58,020 bases of DNA from Rickettsia typhi (GTDB taxonomy: Bacteria > Pseudomonadota > Alphaproteobacteria > Rickettsiales > UBA1997), in the NCBI GenBank assembly GCA_945890035.1, contig CAMDCJ010000001.1, positions 1 to 58,020 of the forward strand, read 5' to 3'. Shown here piece after piece: positions 8,143 to 17,751 of this stretch. Each line of letters starts with the position of its first letter. Position 1 is the first letter of the stretch. Both the position numbers and the translations under genes were made by a program. The notes beneath the pieces were generated by a model. It was given only the letters and a program-made list of their open reading frames with translations. It was not told the origin of the DNA and did no database searches.

Positions 8143-8619
8143 TTAACGTTTACGATAAGTTTGAGCTTTGCGAGCTTTTTTGAGACCGTATTTTTTACGC
8201 TCAACAACCCTAGGATCGCGAGTTAAGAAGCCACCAGCTCTTAATGTTGGATGATTTGATGGGTCAAATAAAACTAGGGCTTTGCTAATGCCGTTAGATA
8301 ACGCGCCAGCTTGTCCACTTTTACCACCGCCTAAAATTGTGGCGACGACATCAAATTTATTTTCATTTTTTGTAGCTCCAAAAGGTGCTTTTGCAATGTT
8401 AACAAGGATTTCACGACCGAAATAACCTTTAACTTCTCTGTCATTGATTGTTACTTTGCCTGTGCCTTGTTTGATCCAAACTTTAGCAATCGCATTTTTT
8501 CTTTTGCCAGTTGCATAAGAGCGACCGAAAGAATCGCGAACTTGAAGATAAACTTTTTTATCTTGGGGTTCAGATTTTTCTTTGATTTCAATAATCTTTT
8601 CTTTAATAAGTGCAGACAT
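8143..8619 (-). CDS. rpsI: 30S ribosomal protein S9
   Basis: 158 aa with GGGKSGQAGA and the C-terminal RDPRVVERKKYGLKKARKAQTYRKR signature. Confidence 0.95.
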   Translation of the reverse strand: MSALIKEKIIEIKEKSEPQDKKVYLQVRDSFGRSYATGKRKNAIAKVWIKQGTGKVTINDREVKGYFGREILVNIAKAPFGATKNENKFDVVATILGGGKSGQAGALSNGISKALVLFDPSNHPTLRAGGFLTRDPRVVERKKYGLKKARKAQTYRKR

Positions 8620-8622
8620 AAT

Positions 8623-9090
8623 TTAGTTAGTTTTTTTGTTTTTACGATTCATGGCGCCGACATCAAGTATTTGTGGATTTTGTGCTTGGTGCTTGTGCTC
8701 GTTGCCTTTATAAATATGAAGTTTAGTCATTAAATCTCTTTGAAGTGGACCGCGAGACATCATTCTTGAAACTGCGTATTCAAGAATTCTTTCAGGATGT
8801 TTTCCTTCCATTATTTGACGAGCCGTGCGATCTTTGATTCCTCCAGGATAGCCAGTGTGCCAGTAATAAAGTTTTTCTGCATATTTCTTGCCGGTCAGTT
8901 TAACTTTTTCGGCATTGATAATGATCACATAATCACCGCAATCAATATTGGGAGTGAATGTTGTTTTGTGTTTTCCGCGTAGAATTTTTGCGACAATTGT
9001 AGCTAAGCGACCAACTATTAAATCTTCGGCGTCAATTAACCACCATTTTTTCTCAATATCACTTGGTTTCGCTGTGTATGTTTTAAGCAT
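8623..9090 (-). CDS. rplM: 50S ribosomal protein L13
   Basis: 155 aa with [32 protein letters not shown]. It lies 3 nt upstream of rpsI, the conserved operon arrangement. Confidence 0.95.
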   Translation of the reverse strand: MLKTYTAKPSDIEKKWWLIDAEDLIVGRLATIVAKILRGKHKTTFTPNIDCGDYVIIINAEKVKLTGKKYAEKLYYWHTGYPGGIKDRTARQIMEGKHPERILEYAVSRMMSRGPLQRDLMTKLHIYKGNEHKHQAQNPQILDVGAMNRKNKKTN

Positions 9091-9110
9091 AATAAAATAA
9101 AAAACTTGTT

Positions 9111-9145
9111 AACTGCTTCTAAGCTACAAAGCTTAGCTGGCAGTT
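9111..9145 (-). promoter_or_regulatory. Stem-loop in the rplM 5' leader (possible autoregulatory or processing hairpin)
   Basis: Outer stem aactgc/gcagtt (9111-9116 / 9140-9145), inner stem ctaagct/agcttag (9119-9125 / 9130-9136), loop acaa. It lies 20-55 nt upstream of the rplM start. Function is inferred only. Confidence 0.3.
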
Positions 9146-9333
9146 TAAATTTATCTAAAGATTTTTTGTTAAAATTTTGTATATACAATGATTAGCACTA
9201 GACCTATCAATACAAAACTATGTTAATAAGTTTAAACTCACTTTAAAACAAAGTCAACTTAACAAATAAATTAAATAAGGGGCAAGCATTAAACCAAGCC
9301 CAATAAAAAAAGTCAAATTAATTTTTCAACTTT

Positions 9334-9897
9334 TTATTTATAAAAATCATTTCTTAGCAAACTAAAAAAAAGTACATCCCTAAATTCACCCTTGTGAAGG
9401 CGGTGCTGTCTAAGATAGCCCTCGACAACAAAGCCGTTTTTTTCTAAAAGATTTTGTGAAGCTAAATTCTGCGGAACAACATTCGCTTCGATTCGATTAA
9501 CCTTAAATTCATAAAATCCGTAATCACAAATTTTTTGAATAGCCTTGCTCATAACGCCTTTTTTCCAATATTCTTGCGATAAATCATAACTAACTTCAAT
9601 TCTTTTATGAAATGAATTTAAACCCGTTAAACCAATTGATCCAATCATTTTATTATCCGCTTTTCTAGCGATTGCAAAATAAGCGCCGTCGCCTCTTGAA
9701 AAAGTGCTTTTCCAGTAATAAAAATCATGACGCGCTTCTTCGATATTTTGCGGAATGGTGCATAAAATATATTTATTAACCTCAGGATTTGAATAATATT
9801 CAAAATAATTTGCAACATCGTCATCATGCTCCTCTCTAATCACGAAGTCTCCAATATCAAAGGTTGGCATGGTTTTTATAAAATTAGTATTTTGCAT
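9334..9897 (-). CDS. GNAT N-acetyltransferase, RimJ/RimL-like
   Basis: 187 aa with ..YWKKGVMSKAIQKICDYGF..VNRIEANVVPQNLASQNLLEKNGFVVEGYLR.., the typical RimJ/L-type GNAT core. Confidence 0.75.
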   Translation of the reverse strand: MQNTNFIKTMPTFDIGDFVIREEHDDDVANYFEYYSNPEVNKYILCTIPQNIEEARHDFYYWKSTFSRGDGAYFAIARKADNKMIGSIGLTGLNSFHKRIEVSYDLSQEYWKKGVMSKAIQKICDYGFYEFKVNRIEANVVPQNLASQNLLEKNGFVVEGYLRQHRLHKGEFRDVLFFSLLRNDFYK

Positions 9898-9951
9898 TTA
9901 TTTTTTAAAAATTATTATAGATTTATTTAAAACATTAAATATTTTTTTATA

Positions 9952-10914
9952 ATGAAAATAGTTGCACAAATGGATGATATTTTTTCAATAAATATCAAAA
10001 CTGATACTACTTTATTAATGCTCCAAGAAGCGCAAATTCGTGGTCATGAAATTTTTTATTACACGCCACAATCAATGTTTTTTGATGTTAAAAAACAAAA
10101 AATTTTCGCACAAATATCAAAAATAAAACTTAATAATTCAAGTAATTTCTGTGAAATTTTAGAAAAAAAATATCAAAATCTTAATGATTTTGATGTAATC
10201 CTAGTGCGACAAGACCCCCCCTTTGATATGAATTATTTAACAACAACTTATTTTTTAGAAAAAATAAAAGATTCAGTGTTAATAGTGAATGATCCATCAA
10301 ATATTCGCAATTGTCCTGAAAAGTTATTTGTCACTAATTTTCCTAATTTAACTCCGCCAACCATAATTTCATCAAATTTAGAAATTATAAAAGAATTTTA
10401 CAAAGAACATAAAAAAATTATTTTAAAACCACTTTATTCCTTTGGCGCTGATGGCGTTATACTAATTGACGAAGCTTCGCAAAATCTTACTTCGAATTTT
10501 GAAATGATGCAAAAACTTTATAAAACACCATTGATTGCTCAGAAATTTTTAGAAGAAATTAGTAATGGCGATAAAAGAATTTTTTTACTCGATGGAGAGC
10601 CAATTGGAGCAGTTGCAAGAGTTGCGCAAAAGGGTGAAATTCGTTCGAATTTGCACATTGGAGGAAGTGCGCAAAAGGCGCAAATAACAAATAGAGATTT
10701 AGAAATTTGTCGAGAAATTTCTTCGCATCTAAAAGAATTGAATTTATTGTTAGTTGGAATTGATGTAATTGGGGACTATTTAACCGAGATAAATGTTACT
10801 TCACCAACTTGTATTCCAGAAATAAATGAGTTAAATAACCAAAAATTACAAACAAAAATTCTTGACGCAGTTGAGAAAAAATTGAGTGAATTTAAAGGTC
10901 GTATAAAGCTTTAA
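9952..10914 (+). CDS. gshB: Glutathione synthetase (prokaryotic ATP-grasp type)
   Basis: 320 aa, collinear with E. coli GshB: DVILVRQDPPFD, NCPEKLF, ILKPL, GDKRIFLLDGEP, LTEINVTSPTCI. Confidence 0.92.
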   Translation: MKIVAQMDDIFSINIKTDTTLLMLQEAQIRGHEIFYYTPQSMFFDVKKQKIFAQISKIKLNNSSNFCEILEKKYQNLNDFDVILVRQDPPFDMNYLTTTYFLEKIKDSVLIVNDPSNIRNCPEKLFVTNFPNLTPPTIISSNLEIIKEFYKEHKKIILKPLYSFGADGVILIDEASQNLTSNFEMMQKLYKTPLIAQKFLEEISNGDKRIFLLDGEPIGAVARVAQKGEIRSNLHIGGSAQKAQITNRDLEICREISSHLKELNLLLVGIDVIGDYLTEINVTSPTCIPEINELNNQKLQTKILDAVEKKLSEFKGRIKL

Positions 10915-11749
10915 TTTCAACGGCTTTAACCATTCTTTTATCAGCATCTAAAACTTTAAAAACTAATTGAGATTTTTCAATTTTCGCGCCGGTTTTTGGA
11001 ATAGATTTAAACGCTGACATAACTAATCCACCAACAGTTTCGGCGATACAATCTTCAAATTTTACTTTAAATATTTCTTCGAATTTTTTTATTTCAACCC
11101 TGCCCCCAAGGTGATAAGTTCTTTCGTTAATTTTTTTAATTTGAAAAAAAGAGCTTTCGAGCGGAACATCGTGCTCGTCATCAATTTCTCCAACAATTTC
11201 TTCAACAAGATTTTCGATCGTAACCAAGCCATCAACTGCACCAAACTCATCAAGGACAATTCCGATGTGAACCCTTGATGAGCGCATTCTTAGAAGTGCA
11301 TCAAGAAGTTTTGTTGAACATGGCACGAATAAAATTTTTCGTATAATTTTTTGTAGATTGAAATCACTATTTTCGTCGCATAAAAATTTTGCTAAATCTT
11401 TGCTGTGAATGAATCCGACGATATGGTCGATATTATCTTTGTAGACGGGGATTCTAGTGTGCTCATCTTCGGTAATAATTTTTTTAATTTCGGTAAGAGT
11501 AATGTTTTCCGGGATGGCAATAATATCAGATCGCGGAATCATGATGGTGTTAATTTTTTTATCGCCAAAATTAACTATATTTTTAAGCATCTTTTTTTCT
11601 TCTAGAGTTATGAAACCTTCTCTTTCATAGGTTTCAGTAATATAATTAATCAAAGAAGAAAAAGATTTTTTATTTTTTTTGCCAAATAAATTAAAGAAAA
11701 AATTAATAAATTTTTTAATGTTAAAACTATTAGACGATTTAGATGTCAT
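10892..11749 (-). CDS. tlyC: HlyC/CorC (TlyC) family protein with CBS domains
   Basis: 285 aa with tandem CBS domains and a CorC_HlyC C-terminal domain (DEFGAVDGLVTIENLVEEIVGEIDDEHD). Its 3' end overlaps the convergent gshB by 23 nt. Confidence 0.85.
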   Translation of the reverse strand: MTSKSSNSFNIKKFINFFFNLFGKKNKKSFSSLINYITETYEREGFITLEEKKMLKNIVNFGDKKINTIMIPRSDIIAIPENITLTEIKKIITEDEHTRIPVYKDNIDHIVGFIHSKDLAKFLCDENSDFNLQKIIRKILFVPCSTKLLDALLRMRSSRVHIGIVLDEFGAVDGLVTIENLVEEIVGEIDDEHDVPLESSFFQIKKINERTYHLGGRVEIKKFEEIFKVKFEDCIAETVGGLVMSAFKSIPKTGAKIEKSQLVFKVLDADKRMVKAVEIKALYDL

Positions 11750-12300
11750 TGATTGTAAGGGTTGTTGATATTAAATTTTTTAAGAATTTTTATTTCAAGA
11801 TTTTCCATGATTTTTGCCATTTTTTCTTTTTCATGATCATGTCCTAAGATATGAAGAATGCCATGTAGAATCAAGTGAGTCAAGTGATCTTTAAAATTTT
11901 TTTTATGACTTTCAGCCTCTTTTAAAATATATTCGTAACTCAAAATTATATCGCCAAGAAAAATATATTTATTATTTCCGATAGCTTTTTCTAATCCGTA
12001 TTTTTGAATAATTTTTTCGTCTAAATTGCCAAAAGACAAGACATTTGTAGGCTTGTCATTCTTACGAAATTCTTGATTAATTTTTTTAATTTGCAAATTT
12101 GAACATAAAGAAATCGATAAATCAAAATGAATTTTTTGCTTTAAAAATTCTTCAAGTGGCGAATTTTCAAGAAGTTTTTTGGCTTGAGATTCAATAAATT
12201 TTTCAATATTTTTTATCTCGAGCCATTTTTTAGATCTAACTTCGATATCTATATTCACTAGCCTTGACAAGATTCTGTTTGAAAATTTGGATTTGGACAT
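11746..12300 (-). CDS. ybeY: rRNA maturation endoribonuclease YbeY
   Basis: 184 aa with the zinc motif HLILHGILHILGHDHE. Confidence 0.9.
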   Translation of the reverse strand: MSKSKFSNRILSRLVNIDIEVRSKKWLEIKNIEKFIESQAKKLLENSPLEEFLKQKIHFDLSISLCSNLQIKKINQEFRKNDKPTNVLSFGNLDEKIIQKYGLEKAIGNNKYIFLGDIILSYEYILKEAESHKKNFKDHLTHLILHGILHILGHDHEKEKMAKIMENLEIKILKKFNINNPYNQ

Positions 12301-13361
12301 AATGTAAATTTTTTAGGACAAATTCTTTGTGGATTTTCGCCACAAAAAATTGCTGAACTAGTATTTTTAGAGGTGCTTTTTACAATATTTGAAAGCCCTT
12401 GAATAAAGCTTCTCTCGATGTTTAGCGATGGCACTCGATAATATTTTTTGACCCCAAGTTCTTTGGCAAAATCAAAATATTCTATATCGAGTTCAACCAA
12501 AGTTTCGGAATGATCTGAAACAAAAGCGATAGGAATTATTACGGGAATTTTTTTATCAAGAGCAACGCTACGAACCTCTTGCTCTAAGCTTGGAGTTGTC
12601 CATTTTAATGGCCCAACTTTTGATTGATAACAAATGCGATATTCCAAATTTAATTCTTTAGAATTTTTGTTTAATTTTCTTAAATCCCTCAAGAATTCCA
12701 TAGTTTTTTTAGAAGTTTCTTCAACTTGAAAAACATATGGATCGCCTTTATTTATAACGCTCTGAGGCAGTCCATGTGCAGAAAATAATAGTCTTATTTT
12801 CGATAAATCTTTATCTTCAATTTTATTCAAAGTTTGATTGATGTGAAGCGCGTGAGATTTTATAAAATCATTTTGATTTGGATAGCAACAAACAATTTTT
12901 ATCGGAATTGAAGTTTCAAAAAAATTATCGGCAAAATCTTTAACGGAAGACGCGGTTGTAGTGCTAGAAAATTGTGGATAAAGAGGTAGTAAAATAATTT
13001 GATCGGGCTTGTATGCTTTGATTTTTTTAGCAACTTCTTTTGAAAAAGGATGCCAATAGCGCATTATCGTAAAGACTTTGTAATTACCATCGAAAGACAA
13101 TTCGCGCTCGAGAGAATCAGCTTGTGAGAGTGTTATATCTAAGAGTGGTGACTTGCCACCAATTTGTTTGTAAATATTTTGTGCTTTGTTTTTGCGTCGC
13201 GAAGAAATCAATTTTGCGATAAGAAAACGGAAAGGTTGAGGCAATGATATAATCGCTTTATCGTTGAATAAATTAAATAAAAAAGGTTGAACCGATTCAA
13301 TTTTATCGGGGCCTCCCAAATTTAATAAAACAACGGCAGTTTTGTGATCAAATTTTGTCAT
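12258..13361 (-). CDS. hemH: Ferrochelatase
   Basis: 367 aa with LLNLGGPD, FSAHGLPQS and FVSDHSETLVELD. A Cys-rich C-terminus (CGENPQRICPKKFTLCP) is suggestive of the cluster-binding type. Confidence 0.9.
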   Translation of the reverse strand: MTKFDHKTAVVLLNLGGPDKIESVQPFLFNLFNDKAIISLPQPFRFLIAKLISSRRKNKAQNIYKQIGGKSPLLDITLSQADSLERELSFDGNYKVFTIMRYWHPFSKEVAKKIKAYKPDQIILLPLYPQFSSTTTASSVKDFADNFFETSIPIKIVCCYPNQNDFIKSHALHINQTLNKIEDKDLSKIRLLFSAHGLPQSVINKGDPYVFQVEETSKKTMEFLRDLRKLNKNSKELNLEYRICYQSKVGPLKWTTPSLEQEVRSVALDKKIPVIIPIAFVSDHSETLVELDIEYFDFAKELGVKKYYRVPSLNIERSFIQGLSNIVKSTSKNTSSAIFCGENPQRICPKKFTLCPNPNFQTESCQG

Positions 13362-14145
13362 AAAATAAATTCTTAATTAGTAATGAAATAAAAAATAATA
13401 TGCAGTGAAAAAATATTATTGCGGGTCCAATTGACAAACTCATAGAGCTTGCCGATAAAAAGCTTAAACTTGATATGACAACACTTAAAATGGCGCTTTT
13501 TATTATCATTTCTTTTGGATTTTTCGAAAAAATTCTCGCGGTGGCGCAAGGAATTATCATTAAAGCGGTAATTAGAAAAACGCCCGTAACCTTTACTGCG
13601 AAAGCTATCAGCAATGATAATAAAATCATAAATAAATAATTTAAATTATTTATTTTGATATTTTTTACGATGGCAATATCTGGATTTAATAATGCGATTA
13701 AAAACTTTTTCAAATAAAAAATAATAAAAAGCAAAATTAGAATGCTTAAAATAAAAATTATTAAAAAATGAAAGATTGTAATTGCCGACATATCGCCAAA
13801 GAGAAATTCTTCAAAAACAAAATTTTTGTTAAAATTTTCGTTGAATAAAACGGCACATGACATAAAAAAGTAAGACAAAATCATCACAATACTGTCGATC
13901 GCAAATGATTTTTGTTTTGATAATAAATTAACCAAAGTAGAAAAAATTAGATTAAAAATTATCAAAATAATTATTTGATTTATCTCTAAAAATGCTCCAA
14001 GGGTGAATCCGAGTAAAGCTGAGTGAGAAACTGCGTCTCCGTAGAAAGAAATGCGCTTCCACAAAACTAAATTACCCATCATTGAGCATGATAAAGTGCA
14101 AAAAATTATAGTTAAAAATGACAATGTTGAAAAATTTTCGACCAT
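13348..14145 (-). CDS. Metal (Zn/Mn) ABC transporter permease, ZnuB/MntB-like
   Basis: 265-aa polytopic membrane protein of the ABC-3 family with the block GDAVSHSALLGFTLG. Confidence 0.7.
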   Translation of the reverse strand: MVENFSTLSFLTIIFCTLSCSMMGNLVLWKRISFYGDAVSHSALLGFTLGAFLEINQIIILIIFNLIFSTLVNLLSKQKSFAIDSIVMILSYFFMSCAVLFNENFNKNFVFEEFLFGDMSAITIFHFLIIFILSILILLFIIFYLKKFLIALLNPDIAIVKNIKINNLNYLFMILLSLLIAFAVKVTGVFLITALMIIPCATARIFSKNPKEMIIKSAILSVVISSLSFLSASSMSLSIGPAIIFFHCILFFISLLIKNLFYDKI

Positions 14146-14232
14146 TTTAAATAATTAAATTAGAATTTTTAAAATTTATTTCGATGTTTTAATTTTATAA
14201 ATTAAAATTTATAATAACCATTTGATAATAAA

Positions 14233-14475
14233 GTGATAATAAATTTTTTAATTAATCAAATTATGGACGATATTATAAAAAAATCAAATAACACTTCGAC
14301 TGCAGATAAGGCTAAGGAAATAATGAACAAAATTTTATATGGTTTGTTCGTGGCTTTTATTTTGGCGATCTGTTGTTATTTCTTGTATGTCCTAGTCCCA
14401 GAAATTTTTAGATTTATTATGGATTATGTGGTTATAATAATCAAAAAAGATTATCCAATTTTAAAATCGAATTGA
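14233..14475 (+). CDS. Hypothetical small membrane protein
   Basis: 80-aa ORF with one clear hydrophobic helix (ILYGLFVAFILAICCYFLYVLV). No family recognised. The start codon is uncertain. Confidence 0.3.
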   Translation: MIINFLINQIMDDIIKKSNNTSTADKAKEIMNKILYGLFVAFILAICCYFLYVLVPEIFRFIMDYVVIIIKKDYPILKSN

Positions 14476-14680
14476 AAAAAACCATGAAGTTTGAGTTATG
14501 CAAAACGATAAATAGGCTTGCGAAGCAAGGACTTGGTAATGAAAACTGTAATTTTCAAAATAAAAAATATAATTTTGATAAATTTGACTTTTAATTTAAA
14601 TTTAATTTCAATTACAATGCATAATCTTAAATTTAAAAAAACATATTTTTAAAATTCAAAAATTCTAACAACTTTTTAAA

Positions 14681-15661
14681 ATGATTAAAAATAATTCAAT
14701 CAAAGATTTTAAGAAAGAAGAATTACTCGGTTTTTATCGCGAAATGCTATTAATTCGTCGCTTCGAAGAAAAAGCTGGGCAACTCTACGGCATGGGATTA
14801 ATTGCGGGTTTTTGTCATCTTTATATTGGTCAAGAAGCCATAGCTTCAGGAATGCATTACACAATGCAAAAAGGCGATAAAGTTATTACCACTTATCGCG
14901 ATCATGGACATATGATTTCAGTTGGTTCGGATCCAAAGAAAATTATGGCAGAGTTGCTTGGGAGAAGAGATGGATCTTCAAAAGGCAAAGGTGGATCGAT
15001 GCATTTATTTGATTTGGAAAAACATTTTTATGGCGGCCATGGCATCGTTGGAGCTTCGGTTCCAATCGGCGCTGGACTTGCTTTTGCCGATAAATATAAA
15101 GGCAATAATAATGTCACTTATTGCTATTTTGGCGATGGCGCGGCTCATCAAGGTCAAGTTTATGAAGCCTTCAACATGGCAAAATTATGGAATTTGCCAG
15201 TTTTATTTATTATAGAAAATAATCATTACGCCATGGGGACATCTCTTTCTAGAGCCTCTTCGGTTGATGAACTTCATAAGCGAGGCATCGGCTTTAATAT
15301 TCCGGGCGTTAAAATTAATGGCATGGATATTTTTGAAGTAATTCGTGAGGGTCAAAAATGCGTTGATTATGTAAGGGCGGGTAATGGTCCAATGATTCTT
15401 GAAATGGATACTTATCGTTATCGTGGACATTCAATGTCTGATCCGGCAACATATCGCTCAAAAGAAGAAGTTAATTGCAAAAAAGACCAAGATCCAATTG
15501 ATTCTTTGAGGATCGCGATTCTTGAAAACAAAGTAGTTGGCGAAGATGAAATCAAAAAAATCGATGATGCAGTCAAAAATGAAATCAATGAAATAGTTGA
15601 GTTTGCAAAAAATAGTCCTGAGCCTGATGAGTCAGAGCTTTTAACCGAGATTTATAACTAA
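14681..15661 (+). CDS. pdhA: Pyruvate dehydrogenase E1 alpha subunit
   Basis: 326 aa with YRDHGH, the TPP motif GDGAAHQGQVYEAFNMA and YRYRGHSMSDP. Confidence 0.93.
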   Translation: MIKNNSIKDFKKEELLGFYREMLLIRRFEEKAGQLYGMGLIAGFCHLYIGQEAIASGMHYTMQKGDKVITTYRDHGHMISVGSDPKKIMAELLGRRDGSSKGKGGSMHLFDLEKHFYGGHGIVGASVPIGAGLAFADKYKGNNNVTYCYFGDGAAHQGQVYEAFNMAKLWNLPVLFIIENNHYAMGTSLSRASSVDELHKRGIGFNIPGVKINGMDIFEVIREGQKCVDYVRAGNGPMILEMDTYRYRGHSMSDPATYRSKEEVNCKKDQDPIDSLRIAILENKVVGEDEIKKIDDAVKNEINEIVEFAKNSPEPDESELLTEIYN

Positions 15662-15664
15662 TTT

Positions 15665-16654
15665 ATGACTCTTAGAAAACTTACAGTTCGTGAAGCGCTT
15701 CGTGAAGCAATGGCGGAAGAAATGCGTAAACATCCTGAAATTTATGTGATGGGTGAAGAGGTTGCTGAATATAACGGCGCTTATAAAGTAACGCAAGGTT
15801 TGCTTGCCGAATTTGGCGCTAAAAGAGTAATAGATACCCCAATCACCGAGCATGGATTTGCAGGTCTTGCGGTCGGATCTGCTTTTGCAGGATTGAGACC
15901 AATAGTTGAATTTATGACATTCAATTTTGCCATGCAGGCAATCGATCAAATCATTAATTCTGCCGCCAAAACAAATTATATGTCGGGCGGACAAGTGCGT
16001 TGCCCAATCGTGTTTCGCGGTCCAAATGGCGCGGCGTCTCGAGTGGGCGCGCAACATTCTCAATGTTACGCTTCTTGGTATGGTTCAATTCCGGGATTAA
16101 AAGTTGTTGCACCTTACAGCGCATCTGATGCAAAAGGCTTGCTAAAATCAGCAATTCGCGATCCAAATCCAGTAATTTTTCTTGAAAATGAAATTACTTA
16201 CGGCTTTAGTTTTGAAGAGGAATATGATGATGATCATATCGTTGAAATTGGTAAAGCCAAAATTCTTCGCGAAGGTTCGGATATCACTATTATCGCTTTT
16301 TCTTTGGTCGTAAAATACGCACTTGAAGCTGCCGAAGAATTAGAAAAAATTGGTATTTCTGCCGAAGTGATTGACCTCAGAACGATTCGCCCAATTGATC
16401 GCGAAACAATTGTTAATTCGGTGAAAAAAACTTCGCGATGCATAACCGTTGAAGAAGGCTTCCCTTTTGCTTCGGTTGGCAGTGAAATCGCTTCAATTTT
16501 AATTGACGAAGCTTTTGATTATCTCGATGCACCAATTAAAAAATTAGCTTCGGTTGATGGTCCTTTGCCATACGCTGCAAACCTTGAAAGGCTTGCTCTA
16601 CCTAAGGCGAATGACATTATAAAAGTTGCCAAAGAACTTTGTAATAAAGAATAA
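15665..16654 (+). CDS. pdhB: Pyruvate dehydrogenase E1 beta subunit
   Basis: 329 aa with [30 protein letters not shown] and IEFMTFNF. It lies 3 nt after pdhA. Confidence 0.93.
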   Translation: MTLRKLTVREALREAMAEEMRKHPEIYVMGEEVAEYNGAYKVTQGLLAEFGAKRVIDTPITEHGFAGLAVGSAFAGLRPIVEFMTFNFAMQAIDQIINSAAKTNYMSGGQVRCPIVFRGPNGAASRVGAQHSQCYASWYGSIPGLKVVAPYSASDAKGLLKSAIRDPNPVIFLENEITYGFSFEEEYDDDHIVEIGKAKILREGSDITIIAFSLVVKYALEAAEELEKIGISAEVIDLRTIRPIDRETIVNSVKKTSRCITVEEGFPFASVGSEIASILIDEAFDYLDAPIKKLASVDGPLPYAANLERLALPKANDIIKVAKELCNKE

Positions 16655-16736
16655 ATTTTTTAAGTTAAAAAATTTAAATTGTTTTTTAATTTGAATTTTG
16701 AATAATGGCGAGGTGATTTAAATAAATTTTTTTTAA

Positions 16737-17099
16737 ATGATTGTCACTAAAAATACTCTATACAACTTCGTCAGAAGAAACCGCATCAATAAAGCAACCT
16801 TTGTTTCTTATTGCATTACAATCTCAGTGATTTTTTATTTTATGTTCGTCTCAATATTTGGCGATAAAGGCTTAATTGAATATTATTTGCTATCAAAACA
16901 AGTGTCACAAATCGAATTCCAGAAAGCGGAATTGCAAAATAAAATTCGCTCTAAAAAAGAAATGATAAAGGGCATGGATTATGATTCCCTTGACCTTGAT
17001 TTGGTTGATGAGCAATCTAGAAAAATATTGGGATATGTCGGAAAAGATGAGATTGTTATTTATCAAGGCGAAGAAAGTAAAAACCCTAACCAAAAATAA
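16737..17099 (+). CDS. ftsB: Septum formation initiator (FtsB/DivIC family)
   Basis: 120 aa with an N-terminal TM helix, a coiled coil (QIEFQKAELQNKIRSKKEMI) and ..LDLVDEQSRKILGYVGKDEIVIY, typical of alphaproteobacterial FtsB. Confidence 0.7.
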   Translation: MIVTKNTLYNFVRRNRINKATFVSYCITISVIFYFMFVSIFGDKGLIEYYLLSKQVSQIEFQKAELQNKIRSKKEMIKGMDYDSLDLDLVDEQSRKILGYVGKDEIVIYQGEESKNPNQK

Positions 17100-17106
17100 T
17101 TAAAAA

Positions 17107-17721
17107 ATGCCAATCAAGCAAGAGCTTTATAGAAAATTATTTCATATTTTATTGTTCATAATTCCAGTTTCTTTTATTAAGCTAGGAAAGAATGAATTTC
17201 TTAAAATATTTATTCCAATTTCGGTAATCATAATAATGTTAGATTACTATAGATGTAGGTTTGATAAGCTTAACAATATTGCGTGCAAATTTTTTAAAAT
17301 TATCATGCGCGATACAGAAATTAATCAGAAAAAACTTTCGGGGATGAGTTGGGTTTTTGGCGGAGCATTGATAAATTTTTTAATTTTTGACAAAGTTATT
17401 GCGGTTACGGGTTTTTGTATTTTAATTTTTGCCGACGCCATTGCTGCCATCATTGGAAAGTCAATAAAACCAACTCCATTTTATGAAAAATCGCGCGCTG
17501 GATCTTTAGCATTCTTTGTAACTTCAGTCATTGTAATACTGGTTTCGGGGTTATATTTTGACTGTCGCCTACTCTTTTATTTTTTTGCAATTTTTATCGC
17601 CACCCTCTTAACTTTTATCGAAGCCTATCCAAGTTTTTTTATCGTTGATGATAATTTATCGATACCGCTCACCTTCGGAATCTGTATGACTTTGCTAGAT
17701 TTTATGTGGCACATTTTATAA
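17107..17721 (+). CDS. Polytopic membrane protein, cytidylyltransferase / polyprenol(DAG)-kinase-like family
   Basis: 204 aa with about 6 TM helices. The N-terminal RKLFHIL motif and the FADAIAAIIGK block resemble the Sec59/DGK1/VTE5-type CTP-dependent kinase family. The assignment is tentative. Confidence 0.4.
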   Translation: MPIKQELYRKLFHILLFIIPVSFIKLGKNEFLKIFIPISVIIIMLDYYRCRFDKLNNIACKFFKIIMRDTEINQKKLSGMSWVFGGALINFLIFDKVIAVTGFCILIFADAIAAIIGKSIKPTPFYEKSRAGSLAFFVTSVIVILVSGLYFDCRLLFYFFAIFIATLLTFIEAYPSFFIVDDNLSIPLTFGICMTLLDFMWHIL

Positions 17722-17751
17722 TTTTAAGATTCCAAATTTAACAATATTAGC

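Noticed and set aside
9270-9333. Possible terminator downstream of the GNAT gene (gggcttgg..gcttgccc)
   Set aside because: The stem is only about 4 bp of clean pairing and there is no clear T-run.
15641-16063. 140-aa ORF antisense to pdhB, plus similar internal or antisense ORFs inside lpdA, atpA, recJ, pccA and others
   Set aside because: All are embedded in strongly supported conserved genes, have no recognisable motifs, and are typical shadow ORFs.
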